NCBI GenBank assembly: GCA_964628675.1
Contig: CAZVPQ010000001.1
Coordinates: 1 to 33,920 of the forward strand
Direction of reading: 5' to 3'
From: an uncultured Hyphomicrobiales bacterium
GTDB taxonomy: Bacteria; Bacteroidota; Ignavibacteria; Kapaibacteriales; UBA2268
Length of the DNA: 33,920 nt
In this document: positions 17,391 to 26,098 of the stretch, piece after piece
Numbering within the stretch: the first letter of the stretch is position 1
Layout: each line of letters starts with the position of its first letter
Program-made: the position numbers and the translations under genes
The notes under the pieces: model-generated
What the model saw: only the letters and a program-made list of their open reading frames with translations
Database searches by the model: none
Told to the model about the DNA's origin: nothing

Positions 17391-18122
17391 ATGAAAAATA
17401 TTCTTGAATATTCGACAATTTTGGAAATGGAACTTGATGGAGAAAGTATTAAGTCGGGATTGCACATCGTTTTCGAAAACAATTTTTACAAGAAAATAAA
17501 TCCGAATGAATATCTTCATAAAGATGAATTAATTGAATTTGATAAAATTTCGAGTGATATTGTAAAGCATAATTTTTGTGCCGGTCGATACTCCGCAAAG
17601 AAATCAATTAGTTTGATTACTGGCGAGCAAGATTTAAAAGAGATGATTATTGAGCATGGAGTTTTCGGTTTTCCTATTGTCAAAAACTCAGAGAATTTAC
17701 AAGTTTCGATAGCTCATACCGATAGTTCTGCAGTAGCGATTTGTTTTAACGAAAAATCCCCGATGGGCATAGATATAGAAATTATAAAAGAAAAACAAAT
17801 TGATGTTATTGAAACACAGCTGACTCAATATGAGAAAGAATTAAGTAAGGATTTGGATATAAGCACAAATATTTTCTTCCATCAATTATGGACAAGCAAA
17901 GAAGCACTTGGCAAGGCAATAAAAACCGGTTTTACAATTCCAATGCTATTGTTTGAGGTTAATTCTATTGAAGACAATAAACAATTTATGCTTTTATTCT
18001 TCAAACATTTTGAACAATTTAAAGCGGTTTCTCTAAAGATTAATGAGAACTATATATTATCTATTGTGCTTCCGAAAAGTATTGATATTAATAATTTATT
18101 TTCCATAAATCAAAATTATTAA
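17391..18122 (+). CDS. 4'-phosphopantetheinyl transferase (Sfp type)
   Basis: Motifs: MGIDIEIIKE (G-x-D-x-E) and WTSKEALGKA ((W/F)xxKE(A/S)xxK). The 243-aa size fits Sfp-type PPTases. It is the last gene of the plus-strand operon. Confidence 0.8.
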   Translation: MKNILEYSTILEMELDGESIKSGLHIVFENNFYKKINPNEYLHKDELIEFDKISSDIVKHNFCAGRYSAKKSISLITGEQDLKEMIIEHGVFGFPIVKNSENLQVSIAHTDSSAVAICFNEKSPMGIDIEIIKEKQIDVIETQLTQYEKELSKDLDISTNIFFHQLWTSKEALGKAIKTGFTIPMLLFEVNSIEDNKQFMLLFFKHFEQFKAVSLKINENYILSIVLPKSIDINNLFSINQNY

Positions 18123-19581
18123 TACCGTCGGGTTCACTTGGTAATTGCCCGATTTGATATTTCAAATTAACCAAATCAATAGCAATCTGAACTTTTAAAT
18201 TTTCATAAGTAATGTTTGCTTTTATATAATCTTGATGAGAATTTGTTACGTCAATTTGAGTAGCCAGGCCCATTTTAAATTTCTCATATTCGTTATAATA
18301 AACTTGTTCGTATAATTTCACATTTTCTTTTTGGTTATTATACATTCCCAATGCATCATTAATACCACTAATGATATTTTTAACATTATTTTTTACATCG
18401 AATGCGAATTTATTTAAACTAATATTTTGTGATTCCAACTCTGATTTCTTTGAAATATATATACCCTCATAAACTGCTTTTTGAAAAGGTAGCATATATG
18501 ACAAAGACAAAGTAAAACTGGAACCCGGAAAATGTCCGTCAATTGCACTCAATAATTTATTCCAATCCTCATTTTGTTTTAAACCGTAATAATTATATTG
18601 CAAATTCAGATTTATATCTTCTTTGAGGTCATTTGATGCGCCCTTTACTTCCAATCCAGTAGCTGAAACGTTCATTGCAAGACTTTGATAATCTTTTCTG
18701 TTTTTAATAAGAGAATCAATATTTGTATTTATAAATTGAAAATAATTTGTAAAATTCAATTTATCAAAGTCGGGATATTTATCTAAAAATGTAGGAATTG
18801 TCTTATTGTCAGTATGTCTTACGATACCTAAAATTTGATTTAAATTATACAATGAATTATGCAAAGATTTCTCGGCATTGGTCATTTCAATTTTGATACT
18901 GTTGTAATAGGCGTTGGTTCTAAGCATTTGAGATTTCGGGAGCTGGTCTTTATCCACTAAAGTTGCTATATCGTGTTTGTATTTCTCGACATATTCAGAT
19001 ATTTTTTTATAGAAATTATAAACATTAGTGTTACTGTAGGCAACAAGATAAGATTCGGAAATAAATTTAATCAATTGGCTAATTCTATAAGCGTAATCTT
19101 TCTTTTCGGCATTGTATTGAAGTTCAGATGCTTTTAAATTTGCATTATTTGCATTGTTTTCACCGAGACCTTTGAAAAGCGGCAAATCAAGCCCCAGCCA
19201 AACACCTTCCGAATTATTGATTGATTGAGGATTAATAACATTTGTCCTTGATAAGTTCAAACCTGAATTAAGCGATAAACCGTAATTAGTGGGCAGAACA
19301 AATTCAGTGTTGAAATCAAACATATCTTTGTAGGAAACAGTCGGGTCGTTGCCTGTATTTGTATTGAGACTATAATGAAAAAACGGGTCGAATCTCCCCT
19401 TGTTCCTCAAGACTTTACCTTTACTATTTTCGATTGCCGTTTTTTGTAATTTAATATCAAAATTATTACTTATACCCTCTTTAATTAAATTTTTTAAAGA
19501 AAGTTGCATTGTTGTATTTTCTTGTGCAACAAAATTAAAGCCGAGAAGCAAAATAAAATAAATTATATATCTTTTTTTCAT
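18088..19581 (-). CDS. TolC-like outer-membrane efflux protein
   Basis: N-terminal signal peptide (MKKRYIIYFILLLGFNFVAQ). The 497-aa length and the two-repeat helical/beta composition are typical of outer-membrane factor proteins. It is the last gene of the HlyD-ABC-ABC-OMP operon. Family assignment rests on context plus composition rather than sharp motifs. Confidence 0.7.
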   Translation of the reverse strand: MKKRYIIYFILLLGFNFVAQENTTMQLSLKNLIKEGISNNFDIKLQKTAIENSKGKVLRNKGRFDPFFHYSLNTNTGNDPTVSYKDMFDFNTEFVLPTNYGLSLNSGLNLSRTNVINPQSINNSEGVWLGLDLPLFKGLGENNANNANLKASELQYNAEKKDYAYRISQLIKFISESYLVAYSNTNVYNFYKKISEYVEKYKHDIATLVDKDQLPKSQMLRTNAYYNSIKIEMTNAEKSLHNSLYNLNQILGIVRHTDNKTIPTFLDKYPDFDKLNFTNYFQFINTNIDSLIKNRKDYQSLAMNVSATGLEVKGASNDLKEDINLNLQYNYYGLKQNEDWNKLLSAIDGHFPGSSFTLSLSYMLPFQKAVYEGIYISKKSELESQNISLNKFAFDVKNNVKNIISGINDALGMYNNQKENVKLYEQVYYNEYEKFKMGLATQIDVTNSHQDYIKANITYENLKVQIAIDLVNLKYQIGQLPSEPDGINNFDLWKINY

Positions 19582-19629
19582 ATTTTATTGAATCGTATCA
19601 TTAAACAATCAAAAATTAATAGTAAAAAA

Positions 19630-22527
19630 CTATGCTAACTGACGTTTAGCTAAATTCTCGAAAAATCCTTTTTGTACCATAAGTTCTTCATAGTTACCTT
19701 GCTCAACTACTTTCCCATTGTCCATAACGAAAATAATATCTGCATCTTTAATCGTACTTAATCTATGGGCAATAACTATTCTTGTAGCATTTAATTTATT
19801 AACGTAATCACTAACAATTTTTTGGGTTTCGTTATCCAAAGCCGATGTGGCTTCATCAAAAATGAATATTTTCGGATTTCTCACCAATGCACGGGCAATA
19901 ATTATTCTCTGTTGTTGACCGCCGGATAGTGTGCCACCACCTGCGGGGAGTATAGTTTGCATTTTCTGAGGAAGATTTTCAATATCTTTATCACAACCGG
20001 CCATTTTTGCCGCTCTCCAAGCATCCTCTTCTGTCAATGTAGAATTACCGATAATATTAAATAAAATCGAACCTTGCATTATTTTACTATTCTGCAAAAC
20101 CACGCCTAATTGTTCTCTTAAATCTCTAATATTAATATCAGAAATTTCTTTGCCGTCAAAGAAAATTGAACCTGAAGCGTATTTTTCAAACCCGAGTAAT
20201 ATACGCATCAATGTTGATTTTCCTGAGCCCGAACTACCGACAAGAGCAACAAATTGCCCGGCTTTCATTTTTAAGCTAACATCTTTCAATATTAAATCCT
20301 GATTATCCTCATATTTAAAATTAATATGCGATACTTCGATATTACCGTTCAAATCTCCCGGATCTTGTTTGTCGTCAGCTTCCATCGCGGCAGTTAATAT
20401 CGGTCTAATCAAATCAAACGTCGGTTTAATTGTAATAAATGGTACTGTCGCCATAGCCATCTGCAATAATGCACCTTGAAAACTACCAAACGCAGTATTA
20501 AAAGCCAAGAAATCACCCATTGAAATTAGCGAATGAGTAAATAAAGAATGAACTTTGATGAATATAACCATAGAGCCAAACACAGGAAATATTGATGTGA
20601 AAACCGCCGCCCAGACTAATAATTTTCTTTTTGCTACATAATTTTCTTTTTGCTTGGCAAATTTCTTAGTCCATAATGCAAAAACACTATCCTTGCTGTC
20701 CGTAATTCTAATCTTATTTATACCACTTAAAATTTGCAGAAGAAAACCCGATATAATGGCTTCCATTCTTTTAATTTGAACTATATATTTATATGCAAAG
20801 AAACTAATTGTTATCGTAAATGCAACAATAATTAATCCCAAGAACAAAGCAAAAATTGCTAATTCCCAACTATAATAAAATAGTAAAGCAAAATAGAAAA
20901 CCGAAAAAATTGCCGAGACCAAAGAATGAATAACTACATTTGAAATTGATTCTTTTATTTGCTCAATGCCCATACTTCTTTCAGCCAAATCACCCGGATT
21001 ATACTTTCTGAAAAAGTTCACTTCGAGAGATAAAATTCTGTCCCAAATAGCAGATTGCAATTTATAACTTGCCGTGCCTTGCGCCCTGAGTATAGCAATT
21101 GATTTGGCAAAATTAAGTATAGCCATTACGATAGCTACCGAAACAAGTAGTATTGCTATTTGCAATAGTTCAGGTGTACTCCCTGACGGAATAACATTAT
21201 TAAAGATATAACCGACAGAAATAGGCAATAGCAATGCTAACAATGCCGCCGCAATTCCAATTATGAAAAATGCTATTATGTCTTTATAAGTAAACTTCAA
21301 TGCAAATTTCATCATATCTTTGCCTGTGATTTTCTTCTTAGGCAAAGGCGTATAGAAGCTATAAGCATAAGGCAGCAGCTTTGTTGCTATATCTTCGTTT
21401 ACAATAGTTTTTGTATGATTTTGAATATCAATTAAATAATAAGATGAATTATTTTTCGGTATCAAAGCCACAGGAGTTTTATCTTCTTTCCAAAAACCGA
21501 GCAAAGCACCGTGAAAACTATTTTGCCAATTAAAATCAAGGTTTACTTTTCGACTTCTAATATTAGAAGTTTTTAAAATCATCTGGAACTGAGTTAATTT
21601 CGAGTTCTTTTTTGGTTTAGGTTTTTTAAATTCAATTTTTTCATATTCCCCGACGATAGAGCAAGCTTTGAATAATAAATCCAAAGAATTATCAATATGA
21701 TCTACGAATAGTTTTTGCTCAGTACTTTTTTCACCGGGAATAATTTCTTTTAAGTTATAAATAGCATTTGCTTTGGTTTTTTCCTTATATTTCGCCGCCA
21801 CATTAATCTGATTTAAAGAGTCTTGCAAATATTCCGTATGTAATGAATTGAGGATTTTATCAATTTCTTTGTTGAAATAAAATAAGTAGTCTGTAAAACT
21901 ATCTTTCTGGATAATTTCTTCAGTCGAAAATTGATTAATCTCGGCAGTTTCATAAAATTGATACCAAAAGTTTTTTGCACTTGGCAAATAAGTTTTTTTG
22001 TCTGATTTTATTTCATATTTATCAAACAATTTAATTGAAGTATCCGGTAGGTCAAACCATATAATTTCATCGAAATTAGGCGGACAAAAAACCGAACCTT
22101 TTTTAACTGTAATATTTTTTTGAGTATCACTAAAAGTAAAGAGCGAGGGCATACCGTATTTATTTATACGATTTGCCATTTTATCAATCCAACTATTGAT
22201 AAGTCCGCTAAACTCATCAATATTCTTTTTCGATATTTCATTAATTGAGATCTTGTCTAATTCAACAACTTCGGTTTCGGAACTAGTATTGATAACAATA
22301 TCATAATTTTCTTGCATCGGGGAAGAAGGTATTAGAAAAGGTGCTTCAATACGTGCAATAAAATTTCGTTTGCCATAGTCACCATCTTTTTTTTCTATAT
22401 AAAATATATCACTTTGACCTTCTGCTAAATAATAAAATACTTCTTCTTTGTTCTGCAGAGAAAACAGAGTGTTGCTTTTTAATTTATTATCAGCATTTGC
22501 AATATTTAATAATATTTCTTTTTCCAC
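19630..22527 (-). CDS. ABC transporter permease/ATPase with a ~400-aa N-terminal extension (NHLP/NHLM bacteriocin-export ABC2-like subunit)
   Basis: NBD: GSSGSGKST (Walker A), LSGGQQQRIIIARAL (signature), IFIFDEATSALD (Walker B), IAHRLST. Six-helix TMD from ~aa 408. N-terminal extension: beta-barrel-like segment (aa ~25-70), then a degenerate C39-like segment (LDFNWQNSFHGALLGFWKEDKTPVALIP...YAYSFYTPLP) as in this exporter family. GTG start at 22527, 1 nt after the upstream stop. Confidence 0.85.
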   Translation of the reverse strand: MEKEILLNIANADNKLKSNTLFSLQNKEEVFYYLAEGQSDIFYIEKKDGDYGKRNFIARIEAPFLIPSSPMQENYDIVINTSSETEVVELDKISINEISKKNIDEFSGLINSWIDKMANRINKYGMPSLFTFSDTQKNITVKKGSVFCPPNFDEIIWFDLPDTSIKLFDKYEIKSDKKTYLPSAKNFWYQFYETAEINQFSTEEIIQKDSFTDYLFYFNKEIDKILNSLHTEYLQDSLNQINVAAKYKEKTKANAIYNLKEIIPGEKSTEQKLFVDHIDNSLDLLFKACSIVGEYEKIEFKKPKPKKNSKLTQFQMILKTSNIRSRKVNLDFNWQNSFHGALLGFWKEDKTPVALIPKNNSSYYLIDIQNHTKTIVNEDIATKLLPYAYSFYTPLPKKKITGKDMMKFALKFTYKDIIAFFIIGIAAALLALLLPISVGYIFNNVIPSGSTPELLQIAILLVSVAIVMAILNFAKSIAILRAQGTASYKLQSAIWDRILSLEVNFFRKYNPGDLAERSMGIEQIKESISNVVIHSLVSAIFSVFYFALLFYYSWELAIFALFLGLIIVAFTITISFFAYKYIVQIKRMEAIISGFLLQILSGINKIRITDSKDSVFALWTKKFAKQKENYVAKRKLLVWAAVFTSIFPVFGSMVIFIKVHSLFTHSLISMGDFLAFNTAFGSFQGALLQMAMATVPFITIKPTFDLIRPILTAAMEADDKQDPGDLNGNIEVSHINFKYEDNQDLILKDVSLKMKAGQFVALVGSSGSGKSTLMRILLGFEKYASGSIFFDGKEISDINIRDLREQLGVVLQNSKIMQGSILFNIIGNSTLTEEDAWRAAKMAGCDKDIENLPQKMQTILPAGGGTLSGGQQQRIIIARALVRNPKIFIFDEATSALDNETQKIVSDYVNKLNATRIVIAHRLSTIKDADIIFVMDNGKVVEQGNYEELMVQKGFFENLAKRQLA

Positions 22528-22528
22528 T

Positions 22529-24712
22529 TTAACTAAGTTTTATAAGTTTATAATAATAACCTTCTTTGTCTTGAATCATCTCATCGTGAGTACCTCTTTG
22601 AACTACCTTGCCTCTGTCCATAACAATAATCTCATCACAATCCCTAATAGTACTCAATCTATGAGCTATAATAAGAGTAGTACAACCTCTTTTTCTTATA
22701 TTGCTATCAATGATTTGCTCCGTGTTGGGGTCTAATGCACTTGTAGCTTCGTCTAAAACAAGTAAAGTTGGATTTTTTGCCAAAGCTCTTGCTATCTCAA
22801 TTCTTTGTTTTTGACCACCGCTAAAATTAGCACCGCCCGGTGCAACCATACTATCATAAGCATTAGGTCTCACCGAAATAATATCGTGAATAGCGGCATC
22901 TTTGCTTGCTTCAATTATATCAGATTTTTTGACATTCTTATTCCACATCGTGATATTGTCATTAACAGTACCCATAAAAAGGAAAATATCTTGATCGACC
23001 ATAGCCATAGAATTGCTTAATACTTCCAATTGATATTCTTTTAATTCCTTGCCGTCAATAATAATTTTCCCGTCCCAAGGTTTATACAATCCCATAGCAA
23101 TTTTTGCTATTGTTGATTTACCGGAGCCTGAACCGCCAATCAAAGCAACTCTTTTACCGGGTTTAATATCTAAAGAAAAATCTGAAATTAAAGGTTCGGC
23201 AAAACTATCATATCCGAAGGTAATATTTTTTAGTTCCAAATGTCCCGTAAGTTTTGCTTCTTCCAATAGAAATTCTTTTTTTCCAATTCTTTCTTCATTA
23301 ATAAAAACCGGGTCCAGCGGATTGCTCATAGCGTCGTCAATAGTTCGTACATAGCTAATCGCTTCTTCGATTTTGCCACCCATTCCGACAAGTTCTTTAA
23401 TAGGTGCCGAGAAATTTGACATTAAACTTTGAAATGCTATTAGCAAGCCGATAGTAATTTCGCCGTGAATTATCAATAAAGCACCGAATGAAATAATAAT
23501 GATATTATTTAAATTTGTAAGAAAATCAGGCAAAGCATCTAGAAATCTATCTGTGAATCCCAATTCTTGGTCTTTGTTTACCATTTCGGCTTGATATCCT
23601 GACCACAAAGCAAAAAAATCATTTTCACTTCCTGTGGATTTAATTGTCTCTATCATCTCCAGACCGATACCACCCGTACTGAATGTTTTACCTCTATTCT
23701 GAAATTGTTTTTGATTTAATGTTATCTTTTTTGTAGAAATAATTTTCAATGTAATTAAATTTATTAAAGCGAACGAAACCCCGATGATAGTTAGAATTAC
23801 ATTGTAGTAAAACATTATTACAGCGAAAAATATTATTGAAAGTAAATTCAAAGTGTTCTTCGCTAAATCTTCAGAGAGTACTTGAGCCAAGGTATCATTG
23901 AGCTGTACTCTTTTAATAATCTCACCTGAATGTCTTTCTTGGAAAAAACTAAGTGGGAGTTTGAAAACATGCATAAAAAATTTAGCTGATTGGCTTAAAG
24001 CCATTTTTATTTCTAATTTCAATAATACTTGTTGCTGTAACCAAGTTACTAAAGCATTAAATACAAGGACAATGCCCATCGCCAGCATCAATGGTTTATA
24101 CCAATCGACTTGCCTAAATACCAAAACATCATCAATAAATACTTTGTAGAATCCGGGGATAAGAATACCCGGTATTATCAATAATAAACCGCATAACAGA
24201 ATAAAAATTAAATCTTTTTTACTACCTGATAATCTTTCGGCAAGAGAAGCAATAACAGATTTCTTCTTGCCACCTGCCACAAAATCATCATTAGTTTGGA
24301 ATTCCATAACCAAGCCGTTAAAAGAAGATTGAAACTCCTGTTTTGTAATTTTTTTTCTTCCGGAATCGGGATTATTGATTATATATTTATCATTTTTTAT
24401 TTCCGTTAAAACGGCAAAATCATTCTGCCCCCAACCGATAATCATTGGGAAATTTTTGTCTTTGATTGATAATAAATCACAAGTGGAAACTTGAGAATCA
24501 AAACCGTATTTTTTTGAAGCAATGATTAAACGTTCTTTGTTTGTTCCATTAGTTGTAACCCCACATTCGGAACGCATTTTCTCAGGTGGTATAAAAAGCC
24601 CATGATAAGCAAATATCATAGACAATGAAACAGCCCCTGATTCAGCGTTTTGAGTCTGTAATATTACCGGAACTTGTTTGCTTTTGTAACTTGTTTTATT
24701 CTTGTTTGCCAT
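22529..24712 (-). CDS. ABC transporter with an N-terminal C39-peptidase-like domain (NHLP/NHLM bacteriocin-export ABC1-like subunit); the peptidase catalytic residues appear substituted
   Basis: N-terminus: VPVILQTQNAESGAVSLSMIFAYHG...ECGVTTNGT...FPMIIGWGQNDFAVL...IINNPDSG, which is a C39 fold pattern. TMD follows. NBD: GGSGSGKST, FSGGQKQRIEIARAL, LLVLDEATSALD, IAHRLST. ATG at 24712. Confidence 0.9.
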   Translation of the reverse strand: MANKNKTSYKSKQVPVILQTQNAESGAVSLSMIFAYHGLFIPPEKMRSECGVTTNGTNKERLIIASKKYGFDSQVSTCDLLSIKDKNFPMIIGWGQNDFAVLTEIKNDKYIINNPDSGRKKITKQEFQSSFNGLVMEFQTNDDFVAGGKKKSVIASLAERLSGSKKDLIFILLCGLLLIIPGILIPGFYKVFIDDVLVFRQVDWYKPLMLAMGIVLVFNALVTWLQQQVLLKLEIKMALSQSAKFFMHVFKLPLSFFQERHSGEIIKRVQLNDTLAQVLSEDLAKNTLNLLSIIFFAVIMFYYNVILTIIGVSFALINLITLKIISTKKITLNQKQFQNRGKTFSTGGIGLEMIETIKSTGSENDFFALWSGYQAEMVNKDQELGFTDRFLDALPDFLTNLNNIIIISFGALLIIHGEITIGLLIAFQSLMSNFSAPIKELVGMGGKIEEAISYVRTIDDAMSNPLDPVFINEERIGKKEFLLEEAKLTGHLELKNITFGYDSFAEPLISDFSLDIKPGKRVALIGGSGSGKSTIAKIAMGLYKPWDGKIIIDGKELKEYQLEVLSNSMAMVDQDIFLFMGTVNDNITMWNKNVKKSDIIEASKDAAIHDIISVRPNAYDSMVAPGGANFSGGQKQRIEIARALAKNPTLLVLDEATSALDPNTEQIIDSNIRKRGCTTLIIAHRLSTIRDCDEIIVMDRGKVVQRGTHDEMIQDKEGYYYKLIKLS
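24293..24673 (-). other. C39-like domain with Ser at the catalytic Cys position and Asp at the catalytic His position
   Basis: Family consensus ...LQMEAxECGAA... reads LQTQNAESGAV here (Ser25, codon TCA at 24638-24640). Consensus ...NHFxVL... reads QNDFAVL here (Asp98, codon GAT at 24419-24421). The oxyanion Gln (LQTQ) and the downstream Asp (NNPDSG) are retained. The alignment was done by eye against remembered ComA/LagD/NHLP-exporter consensus. Confidence 0.7.
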
Positions 24713-24730
24713 AATTTTATGTATTTATTC

Positions 24731-25987
24731 TTATTCCCAATACTTTTTAAAGATTGGCACAATGAAATCAATAGGAGCTTTTTCTTTAACTGAAACCGAG
24801 CCTAAACATAATGTACCGCTAACAACAGTATAGGAAGGACCTTTTTTGCTTGTCCATTTAAATTTACTAACAGTCGTAGAATCTTTTTTCAACTGTATAG
24901 TTATTCTGTACTTTGGACCTTGGCTGTTTAACAAATTCACAAGCTCATCGTTTTCCAGACTTTCCATAATGCTCGCTGTCGGAGATGAAAAATGATTAAC
25001 TCTAATAACTTTTCCGATTATCTGACCGAATTTTTCTTTATCAACAGTAAACGGATTTATTTGAGCGTCCTGCCCTACTTTAACATCGGCATTGGAATTA
25101 AAAGGAATGTAAAGGTCAACTATATAATTTTTGTTTTTTCTATTTTCTAATTTTTCAATAATAAAAAGTGTCATAGAAGCACCAACAATATCGCCATAAG
25201 AAACCATTTGGGATACTATTATGCCGTCAGTTGGGGCTTTTATCATAGTTTGTCGGTTATATTCTTTATTTAAATCCGCAATTTTTTTCTTTAATACTTT
25301 TATCTGAGAAGCTAAATTATCCTTGTCCATTGATTTTGACAGTTGCCATTCTTCCATAGAAATAGCCAATTGCTTTTGCTGAGCATTAGTATTATTCAAT
25401 AATATTTTTAGGTCTTCAATTGCTTCTTTAGTTAACTCATATTCTATTTTAGTAACAAGTCCTTGTTTAAGAAGTTCTGTCTTTTTTTCTAAATTACTTT
25501 TTTTAAATGAAATTTTTTGTTTTATACTTTTTAATTGCTTTTCGATTTTCTCAGATTCGGTTTTATAAAAGTTAGCTTTTGAAACTCGCTCTTGAGAATC
25601 AGAATTCAGGAGAACGGAATCTTGGAGTTCCAAACCTTTTAATTGCAAATTTACTTCATTTATGGAAGATAAAAGTTCAGGTTGTGTCAATTGTAATAAT
25701 ACTGTCCCTTCTTTTACTGTATCTCCAAGTTCGTGGTATAAATCTACAACTGAACCTGAATACTTCGTATTTACTTTAAAAATACCTGATTTTAGTTTAA
25801 TCAAACCAATTCCATTTACTTTTTGTGGAATTGTTCCCCATAGTCCCCATATCACAGTTAGAAGAGTAAAGGCACTCAGTCCTATAAGCAATATCCAAAA
25901 ACCGGGTTTTGTAATTTTGATTAATCTGTCAAGTCCTTCCGGAGATTGCGTTTCTCTCTGATTCTCTTGGCTATTGTTGTTTTTCAT
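24731..25987 (-). CDS. HlyD-family membrane fusion / secretion protein
   Basis: N-terminal cytoplasmic tail plus a single TM helix (FWILLIGLSAFTLLTVIWGLWG). This is followed by a lipoyl-like segment, a long coiled-coil (aa ~100-240) and a beta-barrel C-terminus. It is the first gene of the exporter operon, 18 nt upstream of the C39-ABC gene. Confidence 0.85.
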   Translation of the reverse strand: MKNNNSQENQRETQSPEGLDRLIKITKPGFWILLIGLSAFTLLTVIWGLWGTIPQKVNGIGLIKLKSGIFKVNTKYSGSVVDLYHELGDTVKEGTVLLQLTQPELLSSINEVNLQLKGLELQDSVLLNSDSQERVSKANFYKTESEKIEKQLKSIKQKISFKKSNLEKKTELLKQGLVTKIEYELTKEAIEDLKILLNNTNAQQKQLAISMEEWQLSKSMDKDNLASQIKVLKKKIADLNKEYNRQTMIKAPTDGIIVSQMVSYGDIVGASMTLFIIEKLENRKNKNYIVDLYIPFNSNADVKVGQDAQINPFTVDKEKFGQIIGKVIRVNHFSSPTASIMESLENDELVNLLNSQGPKYRITIQLKKDSTTVSKFKWTSKKGPSYTVVSGTLCLGSVSVKEKAPIDFIVPIFKKYWE

Positions 25988-26098
25988 TTTTATTTCTTAA
26001 AAAAGTCCGATAAAATTTTTAAAACTACTCAGTATAAAAATAACATTGATTTGAATAAAAAAATATTAGCTACTAAATCTTTCTGAATATTGTATATA

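Noticed and set aside
22448-24149. Plus-strand ORFs 22448-22735, 22805-23020, 23049-23354 and 23898-24149, antisense to the two ABC transporter genes
   Set aside because: They overlap the conserved NBD/TMD coding sequence on the opposite strand. The translations are low-complexity and lack motifs.
25988-26098. Possible terminator hairpin (TTAG-TAG-CTAA followed by a T-run on the minus strand) between the small ORF and HlyD
   Set aside because: The stem is only 4 bp, which is too weak to call. Read-through from the small ORF into HlyD is equally compatible with the sequence.
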